A DNA stretch of 64,000 nt. Origin: an uncultured Roseivirgaceae bacterium (GTDB taxonomy: Bacteria > Bacteroidota > Bacteroidia > Cytophagales > Cyclobacteriaceae). This document shows positions 36,754 to 46,500 of the stretch, one piece after another. Location: contig CAYMWA010000002.1 in assembly GCA_964393795.1 (NCBI GenBank), forward strand, positions 15,604 through 79,603, written 5' to 3'. The notes under the pieces are model-generated. The model saw only the letters and a list, made by a program, of their open reading frames with translations, was not told the origin of the DNA and did no database searches. Positions within the stretch are counted from its first letter, which is position 1. The number at the start of each line of letters is the position of its first letter. A program made the translations under genes and the position numbers.

Positions 36754-37461
36754 ATGCCTGACTTTTCTCATCGCGCCACGGTTCAGGAATTGATGGACGA
36801 CCTTACGTCCGGAGGGAATGATCTTCACCAGGCGTTGCGCGAACTTGATACGATCAACGCCCTTCTCGGTGGGAACAGGGTGACCCTCGACGGAATTGCT
36901 GCGCTCCTGCGAGAGACACCCGAATCGGTGCACCTTCGCATTGCCGATGTCGGGTGTGGAAGTGGCGATCTCCTCAGGCTGACAAGAAACCTGTTAGTGA
37001 AGCAATCCCGCGCTGCCTCCCTTACGGGAATCGATGCCAATCCCAATGTTGTTGCGTACGCTGTGGCCCATACCCCTGCCCGTTACAAGATAGACTATCA
37101 GGTCATGAACATCTTCTCCGAAGCTTTCGACAACACACAATTTGACATTGTGATGGGCACACTCTTCTTTCACCACCTGAACGACGCGCAGTTGACTACC
37201 TTCCTCAGGAAGATGAAGGCGCAGGTCTCCATTGGTATGGTCATCAATGACATTCACCGGAATTGGTTTGCGTACTACGCGATCATGTGGCTCACGCGGT
37301 TCTTCTCACGTTCACCGATGGTGCGCCATGATGCCACACGCTCCGTGCTGAGGGCGTTCAGGAAGCATGAACTCGAATCCATCCTGAAGGTTGCGGGCAT
37401 TGCGCGGTACACCTTAAGGTGGCGATGGGCATTTCGCTGGCAGTTGATTATCCGGTTTTAG
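36754..37461 (+). CDS. SAM-dependent methyltransferase (PKS-associated type)
   Basis: ELMDD N-motif, DVGCGSGD, TLFFHH, INDIHR and HDA..SVLRAF. Starts 3 nt after the PKS stop. Confidence 0.9.
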   Translation: MPDFSHRATVQELMDDLTSGGNDLHQALRELDTINALLGGNRVTLDGIAALLRETPESVHLRIADVGCGSGDLLRLTRNLLVKQSRAASLTGIDANPNVVAYAVAHTPARYKIDYQVMNIFSEAFDNTQFDIVMGTLFFHHLNDAQLTTFLRKMKAQVSIGMVINDIHRNWFAYYAIMWLTRFFSRSPMVRHDATRSVLRAFRKHELESILKVAGIARYTLRWRWAFRWQLIIRF

Positions 37462-37596
37462 CGTCTCCCTGCCACGGCCATGTGAAAGGCATATGCGGGC
37501 ATCAAAGCGCGGGGTTTCGGCCGAACGCGCCAGAAAAGTCACAAGTGATGGAAAGTGGCACAATTTTTCGTAATTCGTAAGAAAATAAATACCATC

Positions 37597-38145
37597 ATGA
37601 AACCTCACTTCATACTATTTGTAGCATTCCTCATGCTCGGCGCTTGTTCACAGGGTCCTCTCGGCAAGAAAGTGAAGGAGCCCTTTAGCGGTAACGCTTA
37701 TAAATCGAACAACCGCTTTTTCAGGGCGACCGGTAAAGGCGAAAGTGTTAAGGACAACATCGCCAGAGGAAAGGCGGACATCGAAGCCAAAACCTTACTG
37801 GCGGGACAGGTCAACACGACCATGAAACAAGTGGCCGACCAATACCTGGGGCAGACGGAGAATGCCGATGCCGCTGATGTGGCAGATAAGTTTCAGAGCC
37901 TGGCGCGGGAGGTGATGAACACCGACCTTGCCGACCTGCGCAAAATTGGCGAACAAAAATACTTTGATGAAACAGACCGGAAGTACACCGTGTTCATCGC
38001 CTATGAAATCAAGAAAAACGCCATGCTGCGTTACATGAAAAAACAAGCGAAGGTCGACAAAACCGTGAATGAGCGGCAACGCGCTTTGATTGAAAAGATC
38101 ATCGACGAAGAGCTCGAAAAGGCCGACGCGGCCGACCACGATTAA
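37597..38145 (+). CDS. LPP20-like lipoprotein
   Basis: Lipobox LGAC, with RATGKG...AK..LAGQV pattern. Confidence 0.7.
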   Translation: MKPHFILFVAFLMLGACSQGPLGKKVKEPFSGNAYKSNNRFFRATGKGESVKDNIARGKADIEAKTLLAGQVNTTMKQVADQYLGQTENADAADVADKFQSLAREVMNTDLADLRKIGEQKYFDETDRKYTVFIAYEIKKNAMLRYMKKQAKVDKTVNERQRALIEKIIDEELEKADAADHD

Positions 38146-38235
38146 GAACACGAGCTTTTTCGAATACTTCCCTTAAATGCGCTGGCGTGGCTCGCTTTTT
38201 TAAAGAATGGTAATAAATTGCACGCCTGCAACGCT

Positions 38236-39186
38236 ATGATACGTGTTTTTACCTTTAATGACGGAAAGATAGAGCAGTTCAAGAGCCCCGCCCTTGACGA
38301 AGTGACGCAGTATCAGAATATTGTCTGGATCGATCTGCAGTCGCCCACATCGCAGGAGCGTGCCTTCATTGAAAAAAGTTTTCGGATCGAATTTTTCACC
38401 TCACAGGAGATTCAGGAGATCGAAAGTAGTTCGCGGTTTTTTGAAACGGAGGAAACGATTGAAATCAACCTGAGCTTTGTGTCTACGGATGTCGAGCTTT
38501 CAGTGCAAAACGTTACCTTCATTTTGAAGAGCACCATCCTGTTTACCTACCGGCAGGGTGATGTGAAAACGTTTGCCGAAGCGGTCAGGCGTCTAAAGAC
38601 GATGAATACCGAGACGAAGGATCATGGACTCAACGTATTTCTCACGATACTTGAAACGCGCATTGACGGTGACGCCGACTTGATTGAAAGCCTTAACCGC
38701 CGGGTGAATCACGTTAGTAAATCGCTGATCTCGCAAAAGTCACTGAAGGAAGATTTGTTGCTCGGCATCGCGCAACTGCAAGAGAACGTCATGATGCTAC
38801 ACCAGGCCATCACGGAGAAGCAGCGTGTCGTCAGCTCCTTGATCCGCATACCGGAATTCAACCGCATGGGCAATGAACGCCTGACGATTATCATCCGCGA
38901 TATCTCCTCGTTGATTCAACACTCGCAATTCAGCTCGCAACGGCTGGAGTATCTGCAGAACACATTCCTTGGTCTTGTCAACATCGAACAAAACCAGGTG
39001 ATCAAGATCTTTACGGTGGTGACGGTGATCTTCATGCCACCAACGCTGATCGCGAGCATCTACGGGATGAACTTTGTACACATGCCGGAGCTGGACTGGA
39101 TGGCGGGCTACCCGTTTGCCCTCGGCTTCATGATTGTTTCATCATTGACCTTTCTTTGGTACTTCAGGCGCAAGAAATGGTTGTGA
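38236..39186 (+). CDS. corA: Mg/Co transporter CorA
   Basis: EIESSSRF and KIFTVVTVIFMPPTLIASIYGMNF..MPEL.W motifs. Confidence 0.95.
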   Translation: MIRVFTFNDGKIEQFKSPALDEVTQYQNIVWIDLQSPTSQERAFIEKSFRIEFFTSQEIQEIESSSRFFETEETIEINLSFVSTDVELSVQNVTFILKSTILFTYRQGDVKTFAEAVRRLKTMNTETKDHGLNVFLTILETRIDGDADLIESLNRRVNHVSKSLISQKSLKEDLLLGIAQLQENVMMLHQAITEKQRVVSSLIRIPEFNRMGNERLTIIIRDISSLIQHSQFSSQRLEYLQNTFLGLVNIEQNQVIKIFTVVTVIFMPPTLIASIYGMNFVHMPELDWMAGYPFALGFMIVSSLTFLWYFRRKKWL

Positions 39187-39225
39187 GTGTCGCGCCGTCA
39201 TCTGCATAAATGAAACCTGCATCCA

Positions 39226-39978
39226 TTGGTCGAGAGCTTCGGTTTTGAATTTTCCTATAACGAGCTTGCGCTGTTCTTTCTCGTTGCTGTCTTCATTGGC
39301 ATGTCAAAGACCGGGATCCATGGCGCCGGAATGATGGCCGTGCCGTTACTCGCGCTGATTTTCGGAGGGCAACTGTCGAGTGGTGTGTTGCTGCCGATGC
39401 TGTGTCTTGCTGACGTAATGGGCGTGTGGTACTACCACCGTCACGCCTCCTGGTATCACCTAAGAAAACTTTTTCCCTGGGCAGCCCTTGGTACGGTACT
39501 GGGCACGGTGGTCGGTGGTGCCATCGACGACGCCACTTTCAAACTGGTCATGGCGGTGATCATTGTGATCAGTGTCTTTATCATGCTCTGGCTGGAACGC
39601 GGCAACAAGGGTGAAATTCCCGATAATAAATGGTTTGCCCGGCTCACCGGTGTTGCCGGTGGCTTTACGTCGATGATCGGTAACCTGGCTACATCTGTGC
39701 TGGCCATCTACTTTCTGACCATGCGGCTTCCCAAGAACGCCTTCATCGGAACGACTGCCTGGTTTTTTCTTGTCATCAACTGGTTCAAAGTTCCGTTTCA
39801 CATCTTCAGCTGGCACACCATCACCTGGAACACGTTTCTGCTTGACTTGATCACACTGCCCTTTATCGGTCTCGGCGCGGTGCTCGGCATTTTTATCGTG
39901 AAACGTATAGACGAGCGGGCCTATCGATGGTTCATTATTGCGACTACTTTGATCGCCGCGCTGTTCATGGTCATCTGA
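39226..39978 (+). CDS. TauE/SafE-family transporter
   Basis: GMSKTG..G, LLP.L..AD, GGFTSMIGNLA and F.GT.AWFF..IN.FKVPF motifs. Start uncertain. Confidence 0.85.
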   Translation: MVESFGFEFSYNELALFFLVAVFIGMSKTGIHGAGMMAVPLLALIFGGQLSSGVLLPMLCLADVMGVWYYHRHASWYHLRKLFPWAALGTVLGTVVGGAIDDATFKLVMAVIIVISVFIMLWLERGNKGEIPDNKWFARLTGVAGGFTSMIGNLATSVLAIYFLTMRLPKNAFIGTTAWFFLVINWFKVPFHIFSWHTITWNTFLLDLITLPFIGLGAVLGIFIVKRIDERAYRWFIIATTLIAALFMVI

Positions 39979-39992
39979 TCGCGGCTGGCACG

Positions 39993-40877
39993 TCACCCGC
40001 CTGCCTGAAGGCCGCCCGTGTGAAGGAACAGGACGGTATCCCCCCGACTGAATGTGCCTGACTTCATCTGGTCCAACAATGCGTGAAAAGCCTTCGCGGT
40101 ATAGATGCGGTCAAGTGGAAGATTCCAATCAGCACGCATCTCCCGGATAAAATCCAACAGAACGGGTGTATCCTTGGCATATCCACCATAATGATAATCC
40201 GTGAGCAACGACCAGTGGGGCCACTTGCCGGAAGTTGCCGACGCCATCCTGGAAATGTCCTCCGACAAAAAAGCACCGTTTTTCAATACGACTACTCCAA
40301 TCACATTTTTGTTCTCTTTCATTCCGCAAATAAGACCTGCCATTGTGCCGCCGGTGCCCACCGGCAGTATGAGATGATCGAAATTGACCGGAGCGAGATG
40401 CCGGGCGGCAAATTCAGCACAACCCTTGACAGCGAGCAGGTTTGAACCCCCTTCGGGCAGCAGATAAAAGTTGCCGAATTTTTCCCGTAGGTGATCAAGA
40501 AAGACAGGGTCGTCTTTTTCACGGTAGTCGCTGCGGCTGATATAATGCAAATGCATCCCCTGATCGACTGCAAAACGAAGCACGGGGTTGAGCGGTAACA
40601 CTTCCTCGCCGCGGATAACGCCGATTGATTTCAGATTGGCATGCGCACAGGCCGCGGCGGCGGCGTAAATATGATTGGAGTATGCACCGCCGAATGTCAG
40701 AAGTGTCGATGCTTGCATCCGTTGTGCTTCTTGCAAGTTGTATCTGAGCTTCCACCATTTGTTTCCGGAAACGGCCGGATGGTTGAGGTCCTCGCGCTTG
40801 ACGATCAATCGGACACCGGCCGTTTTGGCAATGGGGTGCTCGCTTAAGTCCTGGATGGGCGTTGATCGGTATTCCAC
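39993..40877 (-). CDS. PLP-dependent D-cysteine desulfhydrase/ACC deaminase-family enzyme
   Basis: KREDL, SGNKWWKL, TFGGAYSNH, PEGGSN, VGTGGT, LD.IYTAK and LHTGGLQ motifs. Confidence 0.9.
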   Translation of the reverse strand: MEYRSTPIQDLSEHPIAKTAGVRLIVKREDLNHPAVSGNKWWKLRYNLQEAQRMQASTLLTFGGAYSNHIYAAAAACAHANLKSIGVIRGEEVLPLNPVLRFAVDQGMHLHYISRSDYREKDDPVFLDHLREKFGNFYLLPEGGSNLLAVKGCAEFAARHLAPVNFDHLILPVGTGGTMAGLICGMKENKNVIGVVVLKNGAFLSEDISRMASATSGKWPHWSLLTDYHYGGYAKDTPVLLDFIREMRADWNLPLDRIYTAKAFHALLDQMKSGTFSRGDTVLFLHTGGLQAGG

Positions 40878-40918
40878 GCTTTTCGTGCAAAGGTAACACT
40901 CACCGTCAGGGAAAATAA

Positions 40919-40952
40919 CTAAATATATTAGTATGGCAGCTAAATATATTAG
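40919..40952. promoter_or_regulatory. Tandem CTAA-N5-TTAG boxes (putative SOS/LexA-like operators)
   Basis: CTAAATATATTAG at 40919-40931 and, identically, at 40940-40952 (21-bp period). Confidence 0.7.
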
Positions 40953-40994
40953 TTATTTGTATTGGCGTTATATTGATCGGATGTTAATGCATAC

Positions 40995-42059
40995 GTGATG
41001 GAGGACGAATATTTCAAAGGCAGGGGCGCACAGATAAAAACCGGCAACAAATTTCTCAAAGCCGACTACGTAACCGAGCACATCGAAGGGCTCGATGAGC
41101 CGATGTTGTCTTCTCCGGCGACGCAGGTTTTTCACGAGCGTCCGAAACAGATTGTCAACAAAGTGACAAGCCCTGATCTCGGAATGATGTACTCGCTGAA
41201 TCCTTATCAGGGATGTGAACACGGATGTATATATTGTTACGCGAGAAACTCCCACGAATATTGGGGTTTCAGCGCGGGACTTGATTTCGAAAGCAAGATC
41301 ATCGTGAAGGAGTCGGCACCCGCACTGCTGGAAAAATTTCTGCTTCGTCCCTCCTGGCAGGCAGTGCCGATCTCCGTTTCAGGCAACACCGATTGCTATC
41401 AGCCGCTTGAGCGCAAATTTGAAATAACGCGAAATATCCTCAAGGTTTTTGCCAGGTACCGCCATCCCGTGGGAATCATCACGAAGAATTCACTCATCCT
41501 TCGCGACCTTGACCTGCTATCTGATTTGGCAAAAGATCACCTGGTGCACGTCTACATTTCCATCACCTCATTAGACGAAGAACTCAGAAGAGCAATGGAG
41601 CCGCGCACCGCCAGTGCTTTGAAACGACTGAAGACTGTTGAGGCACTGTCGAAGGCGGGCATTCCTGTTGGCATCATGAACGCACCCATTATCCCCGGGC
41701 TCAACCACCATGAAATCCCTGCGATACTGAAAGCCGCCGCCGAACACGGGGCGCTCAATGCCGGCATGACGGTCGTGCGACTTAACGGTTCCATTGGGAA
41801 AATCTTTGAAGACTGGCTTCGAAAGAATTTCCCTGACCGTTTCGACAAGGTGTGGAATCAGATATGCTCGCTGCATGGAGGCAATGTCAACGATTCTTCT
41901 TTTGGCAGGCGCATGGTGGGAGAAGGCAACTTCGCCGATACCATCCATCAGCTCTTCCGCGTTTCGAAGAAGAAGTACCTGGCTGATCGCCATATGCCGC
42001 CGATTAACCTGACCCGGTTTCGCCGGGGCGGCAACCTGAGTCTGTTTGGCAACGCGTGA
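40995..42059 (+). CDS. PA0069-family radical SAM protein (SplB-like, DNA repair-associated)
   Basis: GRGAQ, NPYQGCEHGCIYCYAR (CxxxCxxC), GLDFESKI, TDCYQP and MEPRT motifs. Confidence 0.92.
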   Translation: MMEDEYFKGRGAQIKTGNKFLKADYVTEHIEGLDEPMLSSPATQVFHERPKQIVNKVTSPDLGMMYSLNPYQGCEHGCIYCYARNSHEYWGFSAGLDFESKIIVKESAPALLEKFLLRPSWQAVPISVSGNTDCYQPLERKFEITRNILKVFARYRHPVGIITKNSLILRDLDLLSDLAKDHLVHVYISITSLDEELRRAMEPRTASALKRLKTVEALSKAGIPVGIMNAPIIPGLNHHEIPAILKAAAEHGALNAGMTVVRLNGSIGKIFEDWLRKNFPDRFDKVWNQICSLHGGNVNDSSFGRRMVGEGNFADTIHQLFRVSKKKYLADRHMPPINLTRFRRGGNLSLFGNA

Positions 42060-42095
42060 GTTTCCGTCAGCGTGTGAGCGCGTATGTTATTACCG

Positions 42096-43454
42096 TTACT
42101 GCGCGGAGGCGTAGTGCTTGTAAAACGCAACGATCGTTTCAATTCCCAACATGAAATTCTTGACACCATAGTGTTCATTGGGGGAGTGAATCGCATCGCT
42201 GTCAAGGCCGAAACCCATGAGCACTGTATCAAGTCCAAGTTCCTGCTTGAAGAGCGCCACAATGGGAATGCTGCCGCCGTCGCGTGTCGGTATCGGCGTC
42301 TTCCCCCAAACTTCTTCAAATGCCTTGCTGGCGGCCTTAAAGGCAGGCGAGTCAGTAGGCGTAACGGCGGGTTCGCCACCATGGTGTGCCGTGACTTTTA
42401 CTTTGACCGTTTTTGGAGCAATGGACTGTATATGTTTAGTGAACAGTTCGGTGATCTCTGCACTCACCTGATCCGGGACCAATCGCATCGAGATTTTTGC
42501 ATGGGCCTTTGAGGGAAGGACCGTTTTCGCGCCTTCCCCGGTGTACCCGCCCCAGATCCCATTGACATCCAGTGACGGCCGGATGCCCGTGCGCTCGACG
42601 GTGGTGAATCCTTCTTCTCCCGCAACCTCAGCTATACCGAGGTCCTGCTTGTAGTCATCAAGATTGAAAGGTGCGCGATTGATGGACTTTCTTTCCGCGT
42701 CTGTCAGGACGGCCACGCGGTCATAAAAACCGGGAATGGTCACGCGTCCGTTCTTGTCGTGAAGAGAGGCAATCATCTGACAGAGTACGTTCACCGGATT
42801 GGCGACCGCACCCCCGTATACCCCTGAATGGAGATCGCGGTTAGGACCGGTCACTTCGACTTCCATGTAACTCAAACCGCGCAGGCCTGTAGTGATAGAG
42901 GGATGTTCGAGCGAAATCAGCGCCGTGTCAGAGATGAGGATAATGTCCGCCTTGAGCAGTGTCTTGTTTTCTTTGACGAACGTGCCCAGGTTGTCCGATC
43001 CGACTTCTTCTTCGCCTTCGACCATGAATTTCACATTGCAGGGAAGGGCGTTGTTCTTCATCATGGTTTCGAACGCCTTGACGTGCATATACACCTGCCC
43101 TTTGTCGTCACATGACCCCCGTGCGTAGATCTTTTCATCTTTGATGACCGGCTCAAAAGGAGGCGAATCCCATAATTCAAGTGGGTCGGCAGGTTGCACA
43201 TCATAGTGGCCGTAGACCAGCACGGTTGGTAGTGATGCGTCTATGATCTTTTCGGCATATACGATGGGATGGCCTTTCGTTTCAAAAATCACAGCCTTGT
43301 CCACACCGGCGATGGTGAATTTTTCTTTCAGGAATTCCGCAGCCTTTCGCACATCGCCCTTGTGCGCACTGTCGGCGCTGATGGATGGTATGCGAAGCCA
43401 GGCGAAAAGTTCATCGAGGAAACGATCTTTGTTGGAGGAGATGTATGCATTCAT
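42096..43454 (-). CDS. M20/M25/M40-family dipeptidase
   Basis: YGHYDVQP, ARGSCDDKGQ, EGEEEVGS, DLHSG, GGSIP and HSPNE motifs. Confidence 0.93.
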   Translation of the reverse strand: MNAYISSNKDRFLDELFAWLRIPSISADSAHKGDVRKAAEFLKEKFTIAGVDKAVIFETKGHPIVYAEKIIDASLPTVLVYGHYDVQPADPLELWDSPPFEPVIKDEKIYARGSCDDKGQVYMHVKAFETMMKNNALPCNVKFMVEGEEEVGSDNLGTFVKENKTLLKADIILISDTALISLEHPSITTGLRGLSYMEVEVTGPNRDLHSGVYGGAVANPVNVLCQMIASLHDKNGRVTIPGFYDRVAVLTDAERKSINRAPFNLDDYKQDLGIAEVAGEEGFTTVERTGIRPSLDVNGIWGGYTGEGAKTVLPSKAHAKISMRLVPDQVSAEITELFTKHIQSIAPKTVKVKVTAHHGGEPAVTPTDSPAFKAASKAFEEVWGKTPIPTRDGGSIPIVALFKQELGLDTVLMGFGLDSDAIHSPNEHYGVKNFMLGIETIVAFYKHYASAQ

Positions 43455-43543
43455 CGCGTTTCTTTTGATCGCAAATTAGGGAAATAGCCGGGATGGAAGC
43501 AATGAAAGGACAATAAGTTGGTTGATGCGAGGCGCACCTGTCA

Positions 43544-46500
43544 TCAGAAGCCGTCGTCCTCGACTTCTTCCTCTTTTTTCACCGGCGGCGGCACTTGCTC
43601 AACGGCCTCTTCCCGCTTGTCGGGCTGCGGCTCAACGGAAGGCGGCGTAGTATCAGGTGGTGTCTGGGGGTTGTCCTGACCAGGGCCTGGTATTGTCTGA
43701 ATGGGCAAGGTGTTCATAAACGGCGTGGTCTCCAGTGGCGCGGGTCCTTCGTATAAACTGTATGGCACATCAATGCCGAGGTATTGTTTTCTGAATCGGT
43801 TGATGAAAGCCACGGTCTCTTCGTCGCTGCCGGGAACGAAGGCGACTTCGCCGATCTTTGCTTTGCCGGCGTTTGTCTTTTTGGTGATGATGTCGTTAAA
43901 CTCCTTGTTGGATGAATGGACGAGCAGCCGGTTGTCTTCAATACCGAAGTAGTACCACGACTCCGCCGAAGCCTTGAAAAAGACGTTGAAGATCGAAATG
44001 CCGTCGCTTGTCCTGCGGAATTCCATGAACCCTTCGAAGCCGCCGTTAATGTCGGTTCTGTTGCTGTGTGAAATTCCAAGCTTGCCTTCACTGTAAAATG
44101 CCTTGTGTTCTGGTGACCACTTCAACTTGACGTTAGAAAACACCAACGGCTTTACCAGTTGAGGCAACGTGGAGAGGGAGACATACCCCTGACGGCTTTG
44201 TGCTTCATATTCTTTGACAGGACGCTCACCCACAATGTTGGCGATCTTGTAAAGCAGTTCAGTCTGATCACCGAGTCCTTCCTCGGCCCCTTCATTCTTG
44301 ATGACGTCAACCAGCTCACGCGCCATCACATCAAAGGCGGCGGAAGGAACATCGGTTTCCATCATGATAAACGAATTCAGATTGACATCCTGGCCGTTAA
44401 AGTTGGCTGAGCCGATCGCTGTCGCCGTGATATTAAAGTTCTTCCCGCCAGAATAAAGGTTGACGTTCCCTTCGAACTTTGTTTGCGTCGTTTCATCGCT
44501 ATAGGTGAATACTTTGCCCGACAATTTGTTGCCCGCTGCCTTTTCTGTATCCTCAATTTTATATTCCTTCGATTCGTTGTCATAGAAAAGCTTGCCCGAC
44601 GGTGTAAAAAAGTCGTCGTCGTACTCCGACCGCTTGTCACTGGCAAACGTGAGATAAAGGCTGTTGTCGGCGGCAGAGAAATGAAGCCCGGCGTTTAACT
44701 TCTTGCCATCTTCATCAACGGCGTTGTCAAAGTCCAGGATCACTTCCGTCTCATCGCCGGTCTGGCTGTATTCAATCCAGGTGTTGTAGTCTTTTATTTT
44801 TTTGATGTCGAGCTTGATGTAGCCGTCCAGTTGTAGGGCGGGCCTGGTCGCGTACATCGTCATGTCGCCTTTGTAGAACATGCCTGCACCCAACACCAGG
44901 TTTTCGCTCTCTCTGACCGATCCTTTTGCAACGGTTTGCATAGATGCTTCTGATCGGCGACGGCTGGACCGTCTCGCGCCTTCCTCGGGAAGGATGGGCT
45001 CGAGATGGAAATCCGTCATCTTGATCGCAAAGGTATCGCTCAGGAAGTTGACATATTGATACGTAGCATAGCCCGAGAACTCTTTTCGGGAAATGATGTC
45101 GACCACGCCCTCGGTAAGGCGGTGATAGCCGTTCAGGGTGTCGAGCACAATGGTTGTATTTTTCAGTGTGCCGATCCGTGCATTTTCATGAATGAGTACC
45201 TCGTTGTTTTCGGGCGTGATGCGCGCGTCGGCGACAATGATATACGGAATGCCGCTGACTTTCAGCTCCTGCTTCTTGAGATCGTATTCAGCCTTTTCCG
45301 CATTGAAGTAAAGGGAGTCGAGTTCTTTCCGTGTGGTGTAGAAGTACGAGTTTTCTATCGGCACGTCAGGTGCTTTGCTCATCGTAATCTTCTGGGCTGT
45401 CAGATCCCATCGCGCACGCGGAATGGACGTCTTGAATTGCGCGTACGGGAACTCGATGGCCGCCGTCCCTTCTATCTCCGGGCTGATATCGGCATAGTTC
45501 TCTTCGAGGTTGAATTTGAGCCGGATGTCATCTCCCGCGAGCAGGTTCTTGTTGGGGTCATCCGACTTTACCTTGAACCGCGCGTGTCGAGCGCCGAATT
45601 CCTTACCAAGGAAATTCATTTCCCGTGAAACCAGTTCGGTACCGCGGGTCTCCAGCCTTCCTGCACCGGCCACCCCCTTTTTGGAGATCGTAATCACGCC
45701 GCGCATTTGTGCTGTTGAGTCGTAAAAGTTGAACGGTGCCTGCAGGTTCTTGAGTTGCATCCTGTCCTGCTTGGGCAACCACTTCATCTGAAAATCAGGG
45801 AGGGATGCCTGCGGGAACAGCACCGAGCCGAACTGCTTCTCCTGAATGTAAGCCCGGTTGCCTCGCGCCACTACTGAGTCCGGATAGAATGTAAAATCGC
45901 GCGATCGCACACTGGCTGCGAGAAAATCAATCTGCCCCTGACCGCGCAAACCGCGGGTGTTCATCGTCAGCACGCCGTTCATCTTGCCATCACCCTTATA
46001 GAGCTGATAACCGGGTGGTGGAATGTAGTGTTCGAAGCCCAGCGATTTGTCAGGCATGGTGTGTAACGTTTCCTTGATCGAAGGGAACATGCCACTGGAT
46101 ATGAATGTGCCGTCGAACTTGATGGAAAGGGGATCCGCGTTGTTCAAACTGTCAAGCTTGAAAGGCGGGACGACGAAGAACATCGACCTGTCGTAGACAC
46201 CACTTAGGATTTCCTCTCGGTCGAAGTAAATGACCCCGCCCGTGGTCGCGTCGAGACGCGGATAACCCGGAACGTCTTCTTTCCCTGATTTATTGTTGGC
46301 GCGGCTGATGTACAAGGTTCCCGATGAAGCGGAAGCGTTTCCGAGTCCTCCGGCAGCCGCAACAGCCGAGTCAGCACCTACCATGGCGTTGTTGACCTTT
46401 CGGCGAATCAGCTGGCCCCTTGCATTCTTCTCAGTAACGTAAAAATTGATCGAGTCAATGTGCGTGAGACTGATGAAGAAACTGTCGTATTTCAGCGTGA

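Noticed and set aside
37556-37570. sigma54 promoter before the LPP20-like gene (TGGCAC-AATTT-TTCG)
   Set aside because: It lacks the -12 GC.
39993-40877. True ACC deaminase (acdS)
   Set aside because: The sequence fits the shorter D-cysteine desulfhydrase-like Bacteroidota branch. Substrate specificity cannot be assigned by eye.
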